This document shows, one piece after another, positions 36,549 through 48,828 of a DNA stretch of 64,000 bases. The stretch is from Pelomyxa schiedti (Eukaryota; Protista; Evosea): positions 124,001 to 188,000 of the forward strand of contig JAHLWZ010000004.1 in NCBI GenBank assembly GCA_020536535.1. Reading direction: 5' to 3'. The number at the start of each line of letters is the position of its first letter. Positions within the stretch are counted from its first letter, which is position 1. The notes beneath the pieces were generated by a model. It was not told the DNA's origin, ran no database searches, and saw only the letters and a list, made by a program, of their open reading frames with translations. Both the position numbers and the translations under genes were made by a program.

Positions 36549-36830
36549 TGTGCCAAGGTGGATTGGGTTTGGATAGTGACCACCACACTGTGAGGTGTGC
36601 TGGGGTGTTGATGGTTGTTGTTTTACTTGTGTAGTAAAGGAGATGAAAGAAGCTGAATACAAACACAAGAGTTTATTTTTTATTACTTTAGCTTTTGCTT
36701 GGAATAACTACAATGGTGTTGTTCCCACCTTATAAAGGTGCTAGAATCAGTTCTAGGTGTCGCCTGAATCTCCCTAAGGGTCCCAACAGATTCACAGTAG
36801 TTTTCCCAGAAATCCATCAGTGATTAGAAC
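36549..36830 (-). repeat. Left arm of a ~280-bp inverted repeat (partner 37592-37870)
   Basis: The reverse complement aligns colinearly with 37592-37870, including a 54-nt identical block and the identical terminal 23-mer CAAACCCAATCCACCTTGGCACA. Confidence 0.92.
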
Positions 36831-37345
36831 CGACATGAAGTCACCTCACCACAACATGTGTTAAAGTTAGACTGCAAAAAGAAATTGGAGTAAGGGGATA
36901 CCAAAAGGTCTGCAGGCACGGTTTCCAGGCCTGCTGTTGTGTTCCCACAGAGTCTTCTGTAACAAAGAGTGAGCCAGTACACAAACCACATGCACAGCCA
37001 GAACAAAGTTTTTTTTGTTCCCACAATTCTGGGGTGCAAAAAAAACAAGGGTTTTTCTGGTCACCAATCAGGTGTAAAATTGGGATCCACCCCCAAAGAA
37101 ATGGTTGTACAGTACATTGCGTTGAAGAGATGTAAGACCTCTTCTGGCATTCAAACAACGTTGCAAAATGAGCTGTCACCTAATTTGGCTCTAAAAATAT
37201 ACAATAACAAACACCATTTTTGTTTCTTAACGAATACAACGAAAAGCTACAAAAAGTTAGGATGAGTTCTACTGGTTTTGAACCAATAACTTCACAAGCC
37301 ACCACACAAGCACAATGTACAGCGTAGCCAAGCAAAGCAGCCTGC

Positions 37346-37430
37346 GAAAGCAAGCGGAAGAACAGGCAGGCGTAAACGAAAGCAAGCGGAAGAACAGGCA
37401 GGCGTAAACGAAAGCAAGTGGAAGAACAGG
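37346..37430 (+). repeat. Tandem repeat, 32-nt unit x ~2.7
   Basis: Unit GAAAGCAAGCGGAAGAACAGGCAGGCGTAAAC starts at 37346, 37378 and 37410 (partial). There are no spacers. Confidence 0.9.
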
Positions 37431-37591
37431 AAAGGTGGTTGTAAGCAAAGAAAGCACAGGCAGTTGGGAGCAAAAGTGGGTGACCCTGGGCTTTGCCCAT
37501 TTTGGTGGAGAAGAGATAGTTCTTATCGTTGGCAGACTTTTGTGTACCTACAATGTGGCGACGTGCCTTTGTAGCGGTTGTTCTACGTACA

Positions 37592-37870
37592 GTTCTAATC
37601 ACTTATGGATTTCTGGGAACACAACCTCGCATCTGTTGGGACTCTGAGGGAGATTCAGGCCACCTCGAACTGAATCTAGTGCCTTTGTAAGGCGGGAACA
37701 CACCATTGTAGTTGCGCAAGCAAAAGGGCAAGTAATAAACAATAAACTCTTGTGTTTGTATTTGGGCTTCTTTCATCTCCTTTACAACGCAAGTAAAACA
37801 ACAACCATCAACACCCCAGCACACCTCACAGTGTGGTGGTCACAAAACAAACCCAATCCACCTTGGCACA
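37592..37870 (+). repeat. Right arm of the ~280-bp inverted repeat; ends 7 nt before the PLP-lyase ATG
   Basis: See left arm; the inner part is more diverged than the outer part. Confidence 0.92.
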
Positions 37871-37877
37871 TCAGAAT

Positions 37878-39292
37878 ATGGCCGATAGCAGTACAGCAGT
37901 TGTTTTTTACCAGCAGCCGCTGGGGTCACCTATGGGGCTCGTGCAACCCTCCGAAGGAGGGAGGGAGAGGCAGGTCGAGAGCGAGGAAAGCGAGAGCCTA
38001 GTTTTCAGTTGCACGACCGGGGAGTATTGTCGGTCCCAGTCTGACGAGACAGAACGACTCACGGCTGCTCTGTGCTCACTGTACTCCACATCGTATGCGG
38101 TGGTGTCACCAAGTGGTTGTTGCGCAGTAAGCACCGCCCTCAGGGGTGTACTCAACAGCCTTATTCGCTGTGGTGGTTCTGGCTCAGCCCCGCGAGCGAA
38201 TGTACCGCCGCCTGCCAAGTGTGATCGTTCGAATCAAACCCAAAACGAGAATCCCACTGCACTTGCACCTCCAGCGCCACTACAGACAATTAACAATGGG
38301 AATACTGGTGGCACTGTTGCAGTTTCCATCAAAGTGGGGGGGAATTGCGACGAAGGAGAGAGGAAAAAGAGAATCATGGTGGTGTGTGATTTGGAGCTGT
38401 TCGGGGCCACCAGGCCCCTGTTGGATAGTATCGCTGAGGAAACAAACGTTGGCCCTATCATGGCGGTGGATTGCTCGGATTCCGCTGCCTTGATGTCGGC
38501 GTGTGAGCCTCACACCGACCAGGGTGGAATCTGCGTCGTGTTCGCGGAATCGTGCTCAAATCCATCTGGCCGAGTGTTTGCATTTGAAGCGGTGCCGATT
38601 CTGCGCCAAAAAGCAACTGCTGCGGGAGGACAAGTTGTTGTAATTATTGACGATACTTGGACTACCGTGGCTTCGTGCAACGTGCTGGACCTTGGAGCGG
38701 ATATCAGCATTTCATCTCTGACAAAGTACTACAGTGACAACTCAGCAATTGCCGGAATGGTGACTTCCCGGAACCAGGAATTTCTGTCTTCCATTCGTAG
38801 GTGGCACTCCCGGAATGGAATGCACGTTAGCCCGCACGATGCGCACTTAATAAGTGCCGCTCTACCACTCTTTTCGGAGAGACTAAGAGAAGCCAGCCAG
38901 CTGGCTATACAAATACTTAGTACACTTCGCGAAAATGGTATACCAAAACAAAAACCTCAAATTGTATAGAAATACAGATAGGTGTGGAAGTAATGCACCC
39001 TATGACCGAAGATCACCCGACACACGAGAGAGCACTTGGCGTACTAAAAATCTGGCCGCCTGTATTCTGTGTGAAGAGAAGGCATATGATCAAGAAGGTT
39101 TTTCTTGCTGCGGTGCAAGAGAGAACACACCTGGCATTGAGGACCTCCTATGGTGGAAAACACACAAGAGTTGACAATCACCCACATGTTTCCAGTAACA
39201 GCCTTACGTTCAGGGTGGCTGTTGGTTACCAGGACAGGGAATTCATAGACAGAATTGTGCAGGAAATTCTGGTACTAACTACCTTGCACTAA
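37878..39292 (+). CDS. Cys/Met-metabolism PLP-dependent enzyme (cystathionine gamma-synthase/lyase family), one intron near 38938-38979
   Basis: YCRSQS..ERLTAALCSLY..AVVSPSG, VFAESCSNPSG, IIDDTW, GADISISSLTKY (PLP Lys), TSYGG, FRVAVG. Confidence 0.88.
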
Positions 39293-39418
39293 ACCACCAA
39301 ACAAATGTAACAAGCAGCTAAAATCTTTATTTCCCTCTTGAAATTTGGCCAAATTATAAAGTTCTGTGTGTAAGTCCAGGGTGAACGACGGAAGAGGGTT
39401 ATTGGCGTGGGATACAAA

Positions 39419-42143
39419 TCAGGATTTTGTGGCCTTAGTGACAAGGTCATTGAAGGCTTCTTCCACGCAGCGATTGAGGTCGGCGTAGCTGCAACTGGTT
39501 GTTATAAAGCGGAAGGTTGGTGAGTAGTACCTTGTCACAATCATGGACTGTTCATCGTGACTGAGGAGCAACAGCTGCTCACTGGAGCCAAAATCCAGCT
39601 GTTCCGGATTTATATTTTAGACAAACTTTTTGGTAACCTGCAATTATTGCAGTGATGTGTGACCTTGTACCTTGTTTAAAGACTGCACAACATGTGCCAG
39701 ATCAACAACAGGATTTCCCTCCTCGGTTGATTGGTGGAAAACGTAATCCCGAAACAATTTGATGGGGTATCTGGGACTATATTACTTATGGTTTTCACTG
39801 GTATGAGAAGTTCAAACCTATCACCTGTGCCTGACCAACTAGGATCAAAAGTCTGTGTTGGGTGATCAGTGATGAAGCCCAATTTGGCTATCAATCGAAA
39901 TAGGCGGCCACATTCAAGCTGCTTTTTCAAGTCAGACTGAAGCTGATCATCCAAACTGAATCGAATCACATATAAGAGCACGAAAAAGAAACATTGTACA
40001 GACTTGCGTAAGTTGTCAGCTTCGGCTGTCATGTGAAGTGATAGCATTGTTAGTAGATCATTTGCTGTTTGAGTGTTGGGTGCATTTCCAATAGATGTGG
40101 GACTCAATAGATACGAAACTATGTGGCATAACTCTGGACTGTAACATACGCCAAGGCGGTCCATGAGGGTATGTGTAGATGGAATGTTAACAGCCGATGA
40201 TGAAGTGGTACTGGCAGTTGGGTCGGAGTTGGCAATTGGAAGGGGTGGAGGTGCTTGAAGGGTGGGGTTGGCTGTTTGGGTGAATGGAACACGGCAACAA
40301 ATTGAGAGGATAACGCGCCCAAGGCATACCATATCTTCAACCTATTATTAACTTAAGGCAGGGATGCTGCATAAAGTGGAATGCCTGTTGTGCGGAAATT
40401 TTGGAATGATCAAAATTAGCAAAATCTAAAATGCCACAACAATTTAAACGAAGTCTAAAACTCTTTTAGGTTTGGCTTTGTATGCTTGGGCATACCTATT
40501 ACGCGATGTTACCAGAATTTTGCTTGGGGCAAGGGTTCTATATGCTTGGCCGTGTGCATGAATAGTTGATAGAGCTGAGGCCAGTTGACACACAAAACTC
40601 CAAACAACTGGCTCTGTGAAGGGTCCTGTCTTCCCCCCGATATGGTGCTCAAGGGTCTCAGTACCAGGATGATAATCATAGACGAAATAGGTTGCTTTTT
40701 TGTTTGTTTGTTATGATTTTATTTAAAGGTTGGGGAGCAGGTTGTGTGCAGTATGTGGGTACAGAGTTTAAAAGGGGTTCACATGACTGATCACTGATTT
40801 CCTTTCCCACAAAACATTCACGTAGAGACACAATTCCCGGATGAAGTAGTTGTTTCCATTTCTCCATAACCTACATTGTACAGGGGAAGAGGGATTGAGA
40901 CAAGGATGTTTGCAAGGGAATGCAACTTGTGTCTGAGTATCTCCAGTAGATGTGAGCCCTTCAACTTTATATAGTACAACGGAGTCACCATCAATGAGGC
41001 TTGTAGCCTAGACCATTCTTACTCTTCTACAAGTGTATTTTGGAAGGTAACAGACTTTGTATACATCTGTAGGATGTCCTAATGCATTTGGAACTTGGTG
41101 TTGACTGGGTGTGTCAATGGACACAGGAGAGTGATACATGTGAATTGTTCGTGGTAAACCTCTGGCTCGAGGATCTTTGAAAGTTAGAAGTGTGTGACCC
41201 AATCCAAAACCATACCATCTGGAGGAGTTGGCATGCACAGACGTTGATGTAAAAGAAGTTCTTGTCGCATATTTTCATTCATGAATAGTGACTTGGGAAA
41301 AGTTAGTACCAAGCCATACAAAATTGAAAAAACTTTACAGATATATTTCTCTTGTAAAGTTGAGGCCGGGAAAATGGTCTATCATCTGCTCTGCCACTTG
41401 TCTGGGGGCATGTGAGAATAAGATAACAGGGAATAACATTCAAATACATGCGAGCCCCCTCGGGGAGGTGTTGAAGCCTGGGGAATTGGCACGCTAAGTT
41501 GAGTAGGACCGCCTCTCCCACGTCCGTGGGGGAAGCGAGGTGGAGAGTTGTTTGATGGAGTGAAGGATGCTGCCGAAGGTACGAATGGTGAGGCAGTGAT
41601 TGCTGAAAGTGGCAGGCTGGGATTTGGAGGGGCTGACACTGACAACTGTCTGCCGTGAAGTGGTAGTGTATCCTCAGGGATGTGGTATGGAAGTGCGGAA
41701 TCTCTTGTATTAACTCAAAAAGGGAGAACAAGTGGAAAAAGATACCCTGGAGTATCAAGAGGTGAAATGCTGTGATTGTATTCACATCCCTTGCCGGCAT
41801 ATTTGCAGTAACCATACAAAGACACATTTCTACACATTCTTTGACTCCTGGGTGTGTACTCTTCCAAAACGAAATTTGAGTTAACGTGCCACTTGTACCA
41901 AAAAAAAAAAAAAAAAAAGTTACGAAACACACGAGGCATAGCAAAACTGTGTAAGAAGGGACACTGTTCTCCCATAGCACACACCCCGGATGCCGCAAAG
42001 TAACGGCACACCCTATCATTGTAATTACATTAGTATTGTTATTTAACATAGCAGTAAAACAGCACCACGAAGAGGCGGGAGGGAAAAAAGAAAAACAGCC
42101 CAACAAAACAAAAAGAAGCACACGGGGTTATGGGATTGCTCAT
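39419..42143 (-). CDS. PAN3: PAN3 subunit of the PAN2-PAN3 deadenylase (two CCCH zinc fingers, pseudokinase, C-terminal knob)
   Basis: [114 protein letters not shown]. Confidence 0.95.
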
Positions 42144-42418
42144 TCGCGACGCCGATCCACTGTTGTCTCTTAGACGGGTAAACCTCGAAAACGCTCAGCA
42201 CCAAAGTGAGGTTAAAAAGACCAAAAAGCTACAGATGGGCTTCACTTTCCCTAGTTGAGGATCATCAGAGTGGAGAGAGCTCAATCTATTTGATAGACTG
42301 CGTCACGGGAGTGGTACTGTTCCAGGAGGAAAGATCCTTGCTCAGGCCGAACTTTTCAGATTGGCATTTTCTTCTCTCCGACGTAACTCATCAAACGGGT
42401 TATTGTGGTGTCATTCGA

Positions 42419-43307
42419 ATGGTGTGGGAACATCCCTGGCAACTGTCATTTCGTGTACATTTGAGCATGAACTAACATTCACGATGTCGTGCAGAGTGTG
42501 ACACTAAAGACGTCTCTGGGAGACGTGAAAGTTGAGCTGTTTTGTGAGTCTGTGCCACTAGCTTGTGAAGTAGTTTTTCTCTTTTTTTATTTTTTTTTTT
42601 TCCCTTACAGCTCTTTTCTTTTGTTTCCCCATTATTAGAATTTCTTAGCACTATGTGGCACCGGCTATTATGACAACACTGTCTTTCACAGGTGCGTTTC
42701 TTTTTTTTCTTTTGTGGTACACTGGGTTCTGTTGGTCTTATTATGCCAAATAGAAACATTAAGGGGTTCATGATTCAGGGAGGAGACCCAACTGGTAAAA
42801 TTACCTATTATCGACTCTGATATTTCTAACGCAGCCACACTTTACCCAATTTAGGTACTGGAAAAGGAGGAACAAGTATATGGGCCAGAAAATTTAAGGA
42901 TGAGTTTATTCCATCCTTAAAGGTAACCGTTACCAGCTTCTTTTGCTAAAGCAATAACATCAAAAGCATGATAGTAGAGGCATGCTTTCAATGGCCAACA
43001 GTGGACCTGACACTAACGGTAAACTACCTTCCCCTGTAAATTGAAAACTTTTCTTAATTGGCGTCAGGCTCCCAATTTTTCTTTATTTACTCCAAGCAAT
43101 CTCATCTAAACAATGTGTATACAGTATTTGGAAGGTTTGCTTTTTTCAAACCATAAATGTTCACTGTACTTACCACAACCAAGGGTAATAGATGGCTGGC
43201 AAACACTGGATGCTATGGAGAAAGTACCCACAGACGGGACGGACAGACCCCTGGTAGATATTGTTTTGCAGAGAACCCTTATTCACGCAAACCCTTTGGC
43301 CAGCTAA
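42419..43307 (+). CDS. PPIL3: Cyclophilin-type peptidyl-prolyl isomerase, PPIL3 type
   Basis: M|SVTLKTSLGDVKVELFCESVPLACE|NFLALC..GYYDNTVFHR|NIKGFMIQGGDPT, RGMLSMANSGPDTNG|SQFF, YTVFGR, IHANPLAS*. Confidence 0.93.
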
Positions 43308-43410
43308 GGCAAAAGGAAAAAAAAAAGTTTTTTTTCTTCATGTACAAATTGTGCTCTTATCTAGGTGCACAAATTCTTTTAAAAACACTACATCACTCAT
43401 GTGAATCAAA

Positions 43411-46400
43411 TCAAAACATAGTGGCCGCAATAGTAATAGCTTTAGCCCACACATTTGCTGTGTATTCTGTCCTAGTTGCAAATTGTACATCCACCCCTTT
43501 CAAGTTCTTTACCACAAAAGCTTCCCCATTAACTTTGGGTGTGCCGAGTGCACCCACTGGCAGGCTCTTGGTTCCATAAGTGAAGTACTTACTGTCCAGG
43601 GTACACTTGAGTCGTCTGTTAATTGTTCCCTGACGAACTAGAATTCCCTGCATCATGTAGTGTGCCGATTCTGGGGAGTAGAATTGGAACGGAAGATCAT
43701 CAATCTGGAAGAACAGGTGTTGCAGAAAATCTCTGTGGGGAAACGTAAGATAGATAAGAATAGAGGGGAGTTTTCTTACTGTGGAAATCCTTGGTTGTCA
43801 TTCAGTTCCTCGTTGCTTGCTATCCACTTCTTTAGATCAAGCTTAATAGCGCTTGGGTTGTGGCGTGAAGTATTCAACATCAGACATGAGAACTAAGATT
43901 TGGTGTAAGAATATTTTTGCTCTACAATCCAGGTGGGTTTTGCGCAACTGAAAGTTGATATATGGCACTCTTGTTTTTGAAAACTCCATGCTCTGTCGCC
44001 AAGTCAAAATAACGAGAAGAAAAGGCCCTCATCATTCTGTCAATCTGTTGAGATTCCCCAGGAAGGTTAGCACTCCAGAGGAAGCGGCGCAAGGCCATTT
44101 CAAAGTTAAGCTTGCTGAAGTCGAGCAGTTGCAAAAATTGAAGTAGGACTTGTTCACTCCCCTCGCTGCCCAAAAAACTTCCAACCATGGCTCCTGTGAA
44201 ATCTCTTCCACAGTGGAATTCTCGTGCAACTGCTCCAGGGGCATTTGCAATTACTCCAAGGTCAACGAGTTGCTTCAGTGCCTTAATTGGATTGTCTCCA
44301 AATCCTTTTAAAACCTGCTCTTTTTGTTCCTCCGGGTGCTCATGTTCTTCCTTAGAGGTCGAACCACTCGTAGAGTCAGATAAAGGTATTCGGGAAGGTG
44401 ATGGGGTTATTCTTTTTGGAGATGGTGTTTCTCTTACATTTGTTCTGGGAGTTCTTGCCGAAGTGCTTGGAGTCTCTTCACCCGAAACAACTCTGCCCGA
44501 TTTGGTTGGGGCTTCCAAAGACTGATTAACAAGTTGGGGTTCTTGACATGCCGGGTCAGAAAGAACAAGAGTGTACGAGCTGCCACACACCACTTGACTA
44601 ATATTTTTTGCAGCTAAGCGAGGCTGGAAATCTCGAGCCAAAGTTTCATTGAAATGTACTTCTTCAGTGCATCCTAGCCTGCAACTCTCGCTGCTTCCCC
44701 ACATCCATAAATCGCCACTTGAACTCAATGCACCGTAGTGATTTGCCCCGCAGCTGATTTTAATATGTGGAGGTAAGCTATCTAATACACATGGGCGAGG
44801 AAAACCCATGAAGCCCAGAGGGGCAAGGGAGGGGTGATATATATGGTTACCGACATCCCCCCACAGCCAAGTACTGCCGTTAGCTGCGGTAGCATATGTC
44901 ACGTTCCGGCCACATACAACAGAGGTGATATTTTTCCCTTCTAGGACATTATAGGGAGCCGATATAATAGAATCGTCAGAGTCTGCGACAAGAGAGATAT
45001 TGTAACCCCAAACCCAGACATCTCCTTCTTGCGATAAGGCTGCAATGTGACTATCTCCACAGTCAAAAGATAAGAATTTCACAGCAAGTTTGGAGCTTTC
45101 GTTTTTGTCTGTTTCTAGATTTTGCATTGACGGCGCTTCCTTTGACCCCACTTCAGTGGAAGGATCGGTATCGGGCCTATCGGGGTCTAGCTGATGTGCA
45201 GCAGCGGCCTCAGTGTCTAGCTTGCTGTTATCCTCGAGTTCTTTATCTTCACATGAGCTGGTCTTTCTTTTTTTCCCCCGCTCTGGCTTGTGCACTATAA
45301 TTTGTACAGGAGCTGCGCTGATACAGGGGATATCGTCACCCCATCCCCAGAGGGTACCATCACCAAGCCTGGCGAAGGCAAAAGCCTTGTCACTGCCCAC
45401 GTGCACTTCCTCCACCCCATTGAGAGGTAGAGGCTCAAATGTTCTGTATGAATTATTTACATCTTTGCAGCAATACAACTTTCCACTAACTCCAATGGCG
45501 AGAACTGACAACGTGCCAACACAAACATGCTTGATTTTCTCTGGGGCTGGGATATGCACTAACGGCGTATAGGCCACTCTTCCCAGTTCGCAACCGGGAG
45601 GTCCATTTGGGTAACAAAGAACAAGACCGCCAGCCGTTAAGAGTACCTATCAAAGTGATAAGAGAAAGATGGCCGCACAAGCGTACACACAGCAGAACGG
45701 GTCCCATGTGCAGCTATTTCCACGATATCTCTTCTTCTTATAACATGGGCACCGGGTCTGGATTTCCCAAAGAAAAACAGCACCCCGCCAGGTCCAGGTA
45801 TAGTCTCGGAATCATCAGGGTCCTCCACGTCATCGACTGCACTGTTCATCACCGCGTTTTCACGGCTGGCATCACCAACCTTTCCACTCAATGCTGTACT
45901 CATACTCACTGAACAAGTAGTGGTTGTAGTGGCAGTGGTAGCGGTGGAACCAGGAACCACTGAATCATGATGAATAGAAAAAGAATCTGAGCTGGAAGTA
46001 GTAGTAGAAGAAGCAGCAGCAGGAGCCTTTTTACTGTCCCCTGTGTGCCGCTTGTGGTGCCGTGTGGTAGACCCAGTGTAAATTGTGGGTGCCTGCTTTG
46101 CCTGGTCGTCGGGCCCCGAGCCCGTGCTGCACCGCCGCCTGTGGCCCGCCCCCCCCTTTGCGGAGCTGTGGCGGGTGGGGGGGCCCCGTTTGGCCTTGTC
46201 CGCGGCCGCCGCTTCCTCCCGCTGCATCTGCCGCAGGGCCTCCTGGGGGTCCGCCACCGACGTGCTGCGGGGCTTGTGCGCGGGCGGCCGCCTCCTCGCG
46301 TGCCTCCCCTTCCCCTCGCCCGGCTCTCCCTCTCCCTCTCCCTCGCCCTCGCCCTCGTCGCTGGAGTCTGCGGCCGCGTCGGCGCCTCGCCCGTGGGTGT

Positions 46401-46560
46401 GGTGGCGCCCTCCGTGGTGGTGGTGGTGCCGGTGCCGCAGGGGGTGGGGCGGCGGGGTCGTGCTGGCCGCTTCCGGGGGGGACGCGGTCCTCGCCGGGGA
46501 GGAGGACGCGAGCGCGCGGTGTGGGCGCCGCGGCCCACTCGGGGATGTTGTTCTCTGCAT
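43411..46560 (-). CDS. RCC1-repeat + Sec7 + PH-like protein (Arf guanine-nucleotide exchange factor)
   Basis: RCC1 repeats (FDCGDSHIAALSQEGDVWVWG, ISCGANHYGALSSSGDLWMWG, VVCGSSYTLVL). Sec7 FEMALRRFLWSANLPGESQQIDRMMRAFSSRY. An intron joins it to FSCLMLNTSRHNP...GFPQDFLQHLFFQI, then PH-like QGILVRQG...AKAITIAA*. Confidence 0.88.
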
Positions 46561-46742
46561 CACCTGAAAAAAATTCACTGTGAACTTTCCGGAAAAAAAG
46601 GTGTTTTCCATGAAGTTCACTTGTCAAGGTCTTCAGTCGAACACAATACAAGCAATGCCACCCAGAACTCTCGTAGTAGGAGGGATCACCAGTCCTGGGT
46701 AGATTGGTGACTGCGTCTTCAGACAACCAACAACAATAAAAA

Positions 46743-48714
46743 ATGAGTGCCCACCCTATCACTCCCGAACCGGCACAGTTCCCGTCACAGTGCACTTACC
46801 CGTGCAGATCTGGTAACGATGTTGTACCTCTGATTGATGGCGTTGAGGCTTTTGATCGTATATACACTGTTTGCATTCTACTCTCACCCTTTTTTTTTTT
46901 TATTGAGCCTCTTACGCCCCTTTTTTGGACAGGTTTCTTTGGGTGCAATTAAGTCCGTTTGGGTGGCAATTTCTTTTGTGCAGTTGGATTGGGAAATCGT
47001 TAGTGGAGTTAATTTCCTTGATCACCTAAGTGCTCTCGCAAGTCGTGGAGTTGATGTCCGCTTATTGTTTTGGCGTCCTGCTCCAGTCATATCTCCCACA
47101 GCCAGTGCCCCTGTGAATCTGGAGACAGCCACTTACAACACATTCTTCAAAAACTCGGTGAAGGGCACACCTGCCCAGATGGAGTGGCTGACAAGCAAAG
47201 GCTACAATTCTATACAAATGAGATGGGATGCATCGCCTAACAGCAGCCATTGCCATCACGAGAAGACATGGCTTATTGACATTGGCACTGTAAGGCAACA
47301 GCCTTGCCATGTACACAATTTTCACTTTGCAGGAAGGTGAAGTGGTCTTTACAGGTGGAATGGTCCTCACAGATTCATCACACTCCAAGCAGGGTCATAT
47401 GCCTCCAGATGCAGGAGTTCACGATATTTATGTGCAATTACGGGGACCTGCGGCAGTGGACGTCGCACACTCCTTTGTACAGCGGTGGAATTCCGTATGT
47501 TATTCTTTTTAATTACTCCTTATTCAATAGAAACAGGTGTCATGCCCTTCTTGCATTTATCCCTCAGAAAGCTCTTCCGGAAATCTAGAATGGCCAACCT
47601 TTTCTCTTCATGAATGCGTAAGTTGGAATATGCAGATATAGATATCCCCAACTAGCCATAGGGAACGGCAACTGTTCAAGTTCAACGAAATATTCATCCT
47701 CATTTATATCCTGCCGCACCACCCCCGATTGGTACCTCAGAAGGTTTTGATATTACCGAAGGAGAGGATAGTATCTTGTGTCAGTATCGAAATGCCATCG
47801 CTAGTGCCCAGCACACCATATGTAATCACTACCAGGATCTTTTATTCTTTAAGTGGGGAAAAAAGATATGGAAAATCAGCATTTTGCGCACCCAGAGATT
47901 CTTCAAATGTTAATTGCGGCAACCCTGAGAGGAGTCAAAGTCATAGCTGTGGTGCCCTCCTTCCTTCTGAGCCAGAAACTAGGAACGTGTGGACAATATC
48001 TACAGTAATACTCCAGTGATACACCCATAATCCTTATTATTCTTAAGGAGTGCAATTGGACCTCACATTGTTGGCAACATTCTTTATGGTCTAGACTGGG
48101 TCTATAGGACTGTCGTACGTGCAACTAAACCTAAGCCTTCATACAGCACTACATTCCTGGACATAGTTCCATCACTGGGAAATAATTCCAACTTTCTACT
48201 GTGTGGCATTGCGGTTGATGATGCTTCACCTTCCCACCAGCCGGCGTGTGTGTATGTCCACTCCAAAGTGATGATTGTAGACGACAAGTGGTGGACAGTC
48301 GGGAGTGCTAACTGTGTCGACCTAAGCCTAAACCGCGATCACACAGAACTGAATCTTTCCATCTGGGATCCAGCCACTGCCCTCGCTTTACGCCGGAGAC
48401 TATTCCTCGAACACTGTGGTACTTGTCCCTTCTTGAATTCCACTCCCGAACCACCAGAACCTGAGCCACAACAACAATCATCACCCACCCCAACACCCGC
48501 CGCCACAAGCACAACATCCGCCACCGCACCACACACCATCACTCCAGAACAGGAGTTTGAGTGGTTCTCCTCCATAGCCAAGTCCAACACTAGCCGCGTG
48601 ATGTCAGGCATTCCTCCAGCACCCGGCACTATGGCATGGGCACTAGACCCATGCACCTATGGCACTGGCCTCTTTGGGGTATCTCTTGTACTTGAGCACT
48701 GGTTCGGGTGCTAA
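46743..48714 (+). CDS. Phospholipase D superfamily enzyme (two HKD motifs), bacterial-like
   Basis: YPCRSGNDVVPLIDG, RGVDVRLLFWRP, HHEKTWLID, HDIYVQLRGPA, AQHTIYMENQHF, YVHSKVMIVDDKWWTVGSAN, ELNLSIWD. Confidence 0.9.
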
Positions 48715-48828
48715 TTACAGCCTCTGGCTCCTTCAACTAAACTTAAACAAAGTTCCCTTGTGAAACCCCTTGGGTTTGCAAACAAGAAGAAAAGGTTGTT
48801 TTTTCTTCAAATTTTTTCCAGTTCAACG

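Noticed and set aside
37346-37430. 32-nt direct repeats as a CRISPR array
   Set aside because: The units are head-to-tail with no spacers, there are under 3 copies, there are no cas genes, and the context is eukaryotic.
45906-46795. Several long overlapping ORFs (210-254 aa) in all frames
   Set aside because: They are by-products of the GC-rich first exon of the RCC1-Sec7 gene. The same applies to 53070-53825, 62712-63782, 21294-22816 and 15976-16590.
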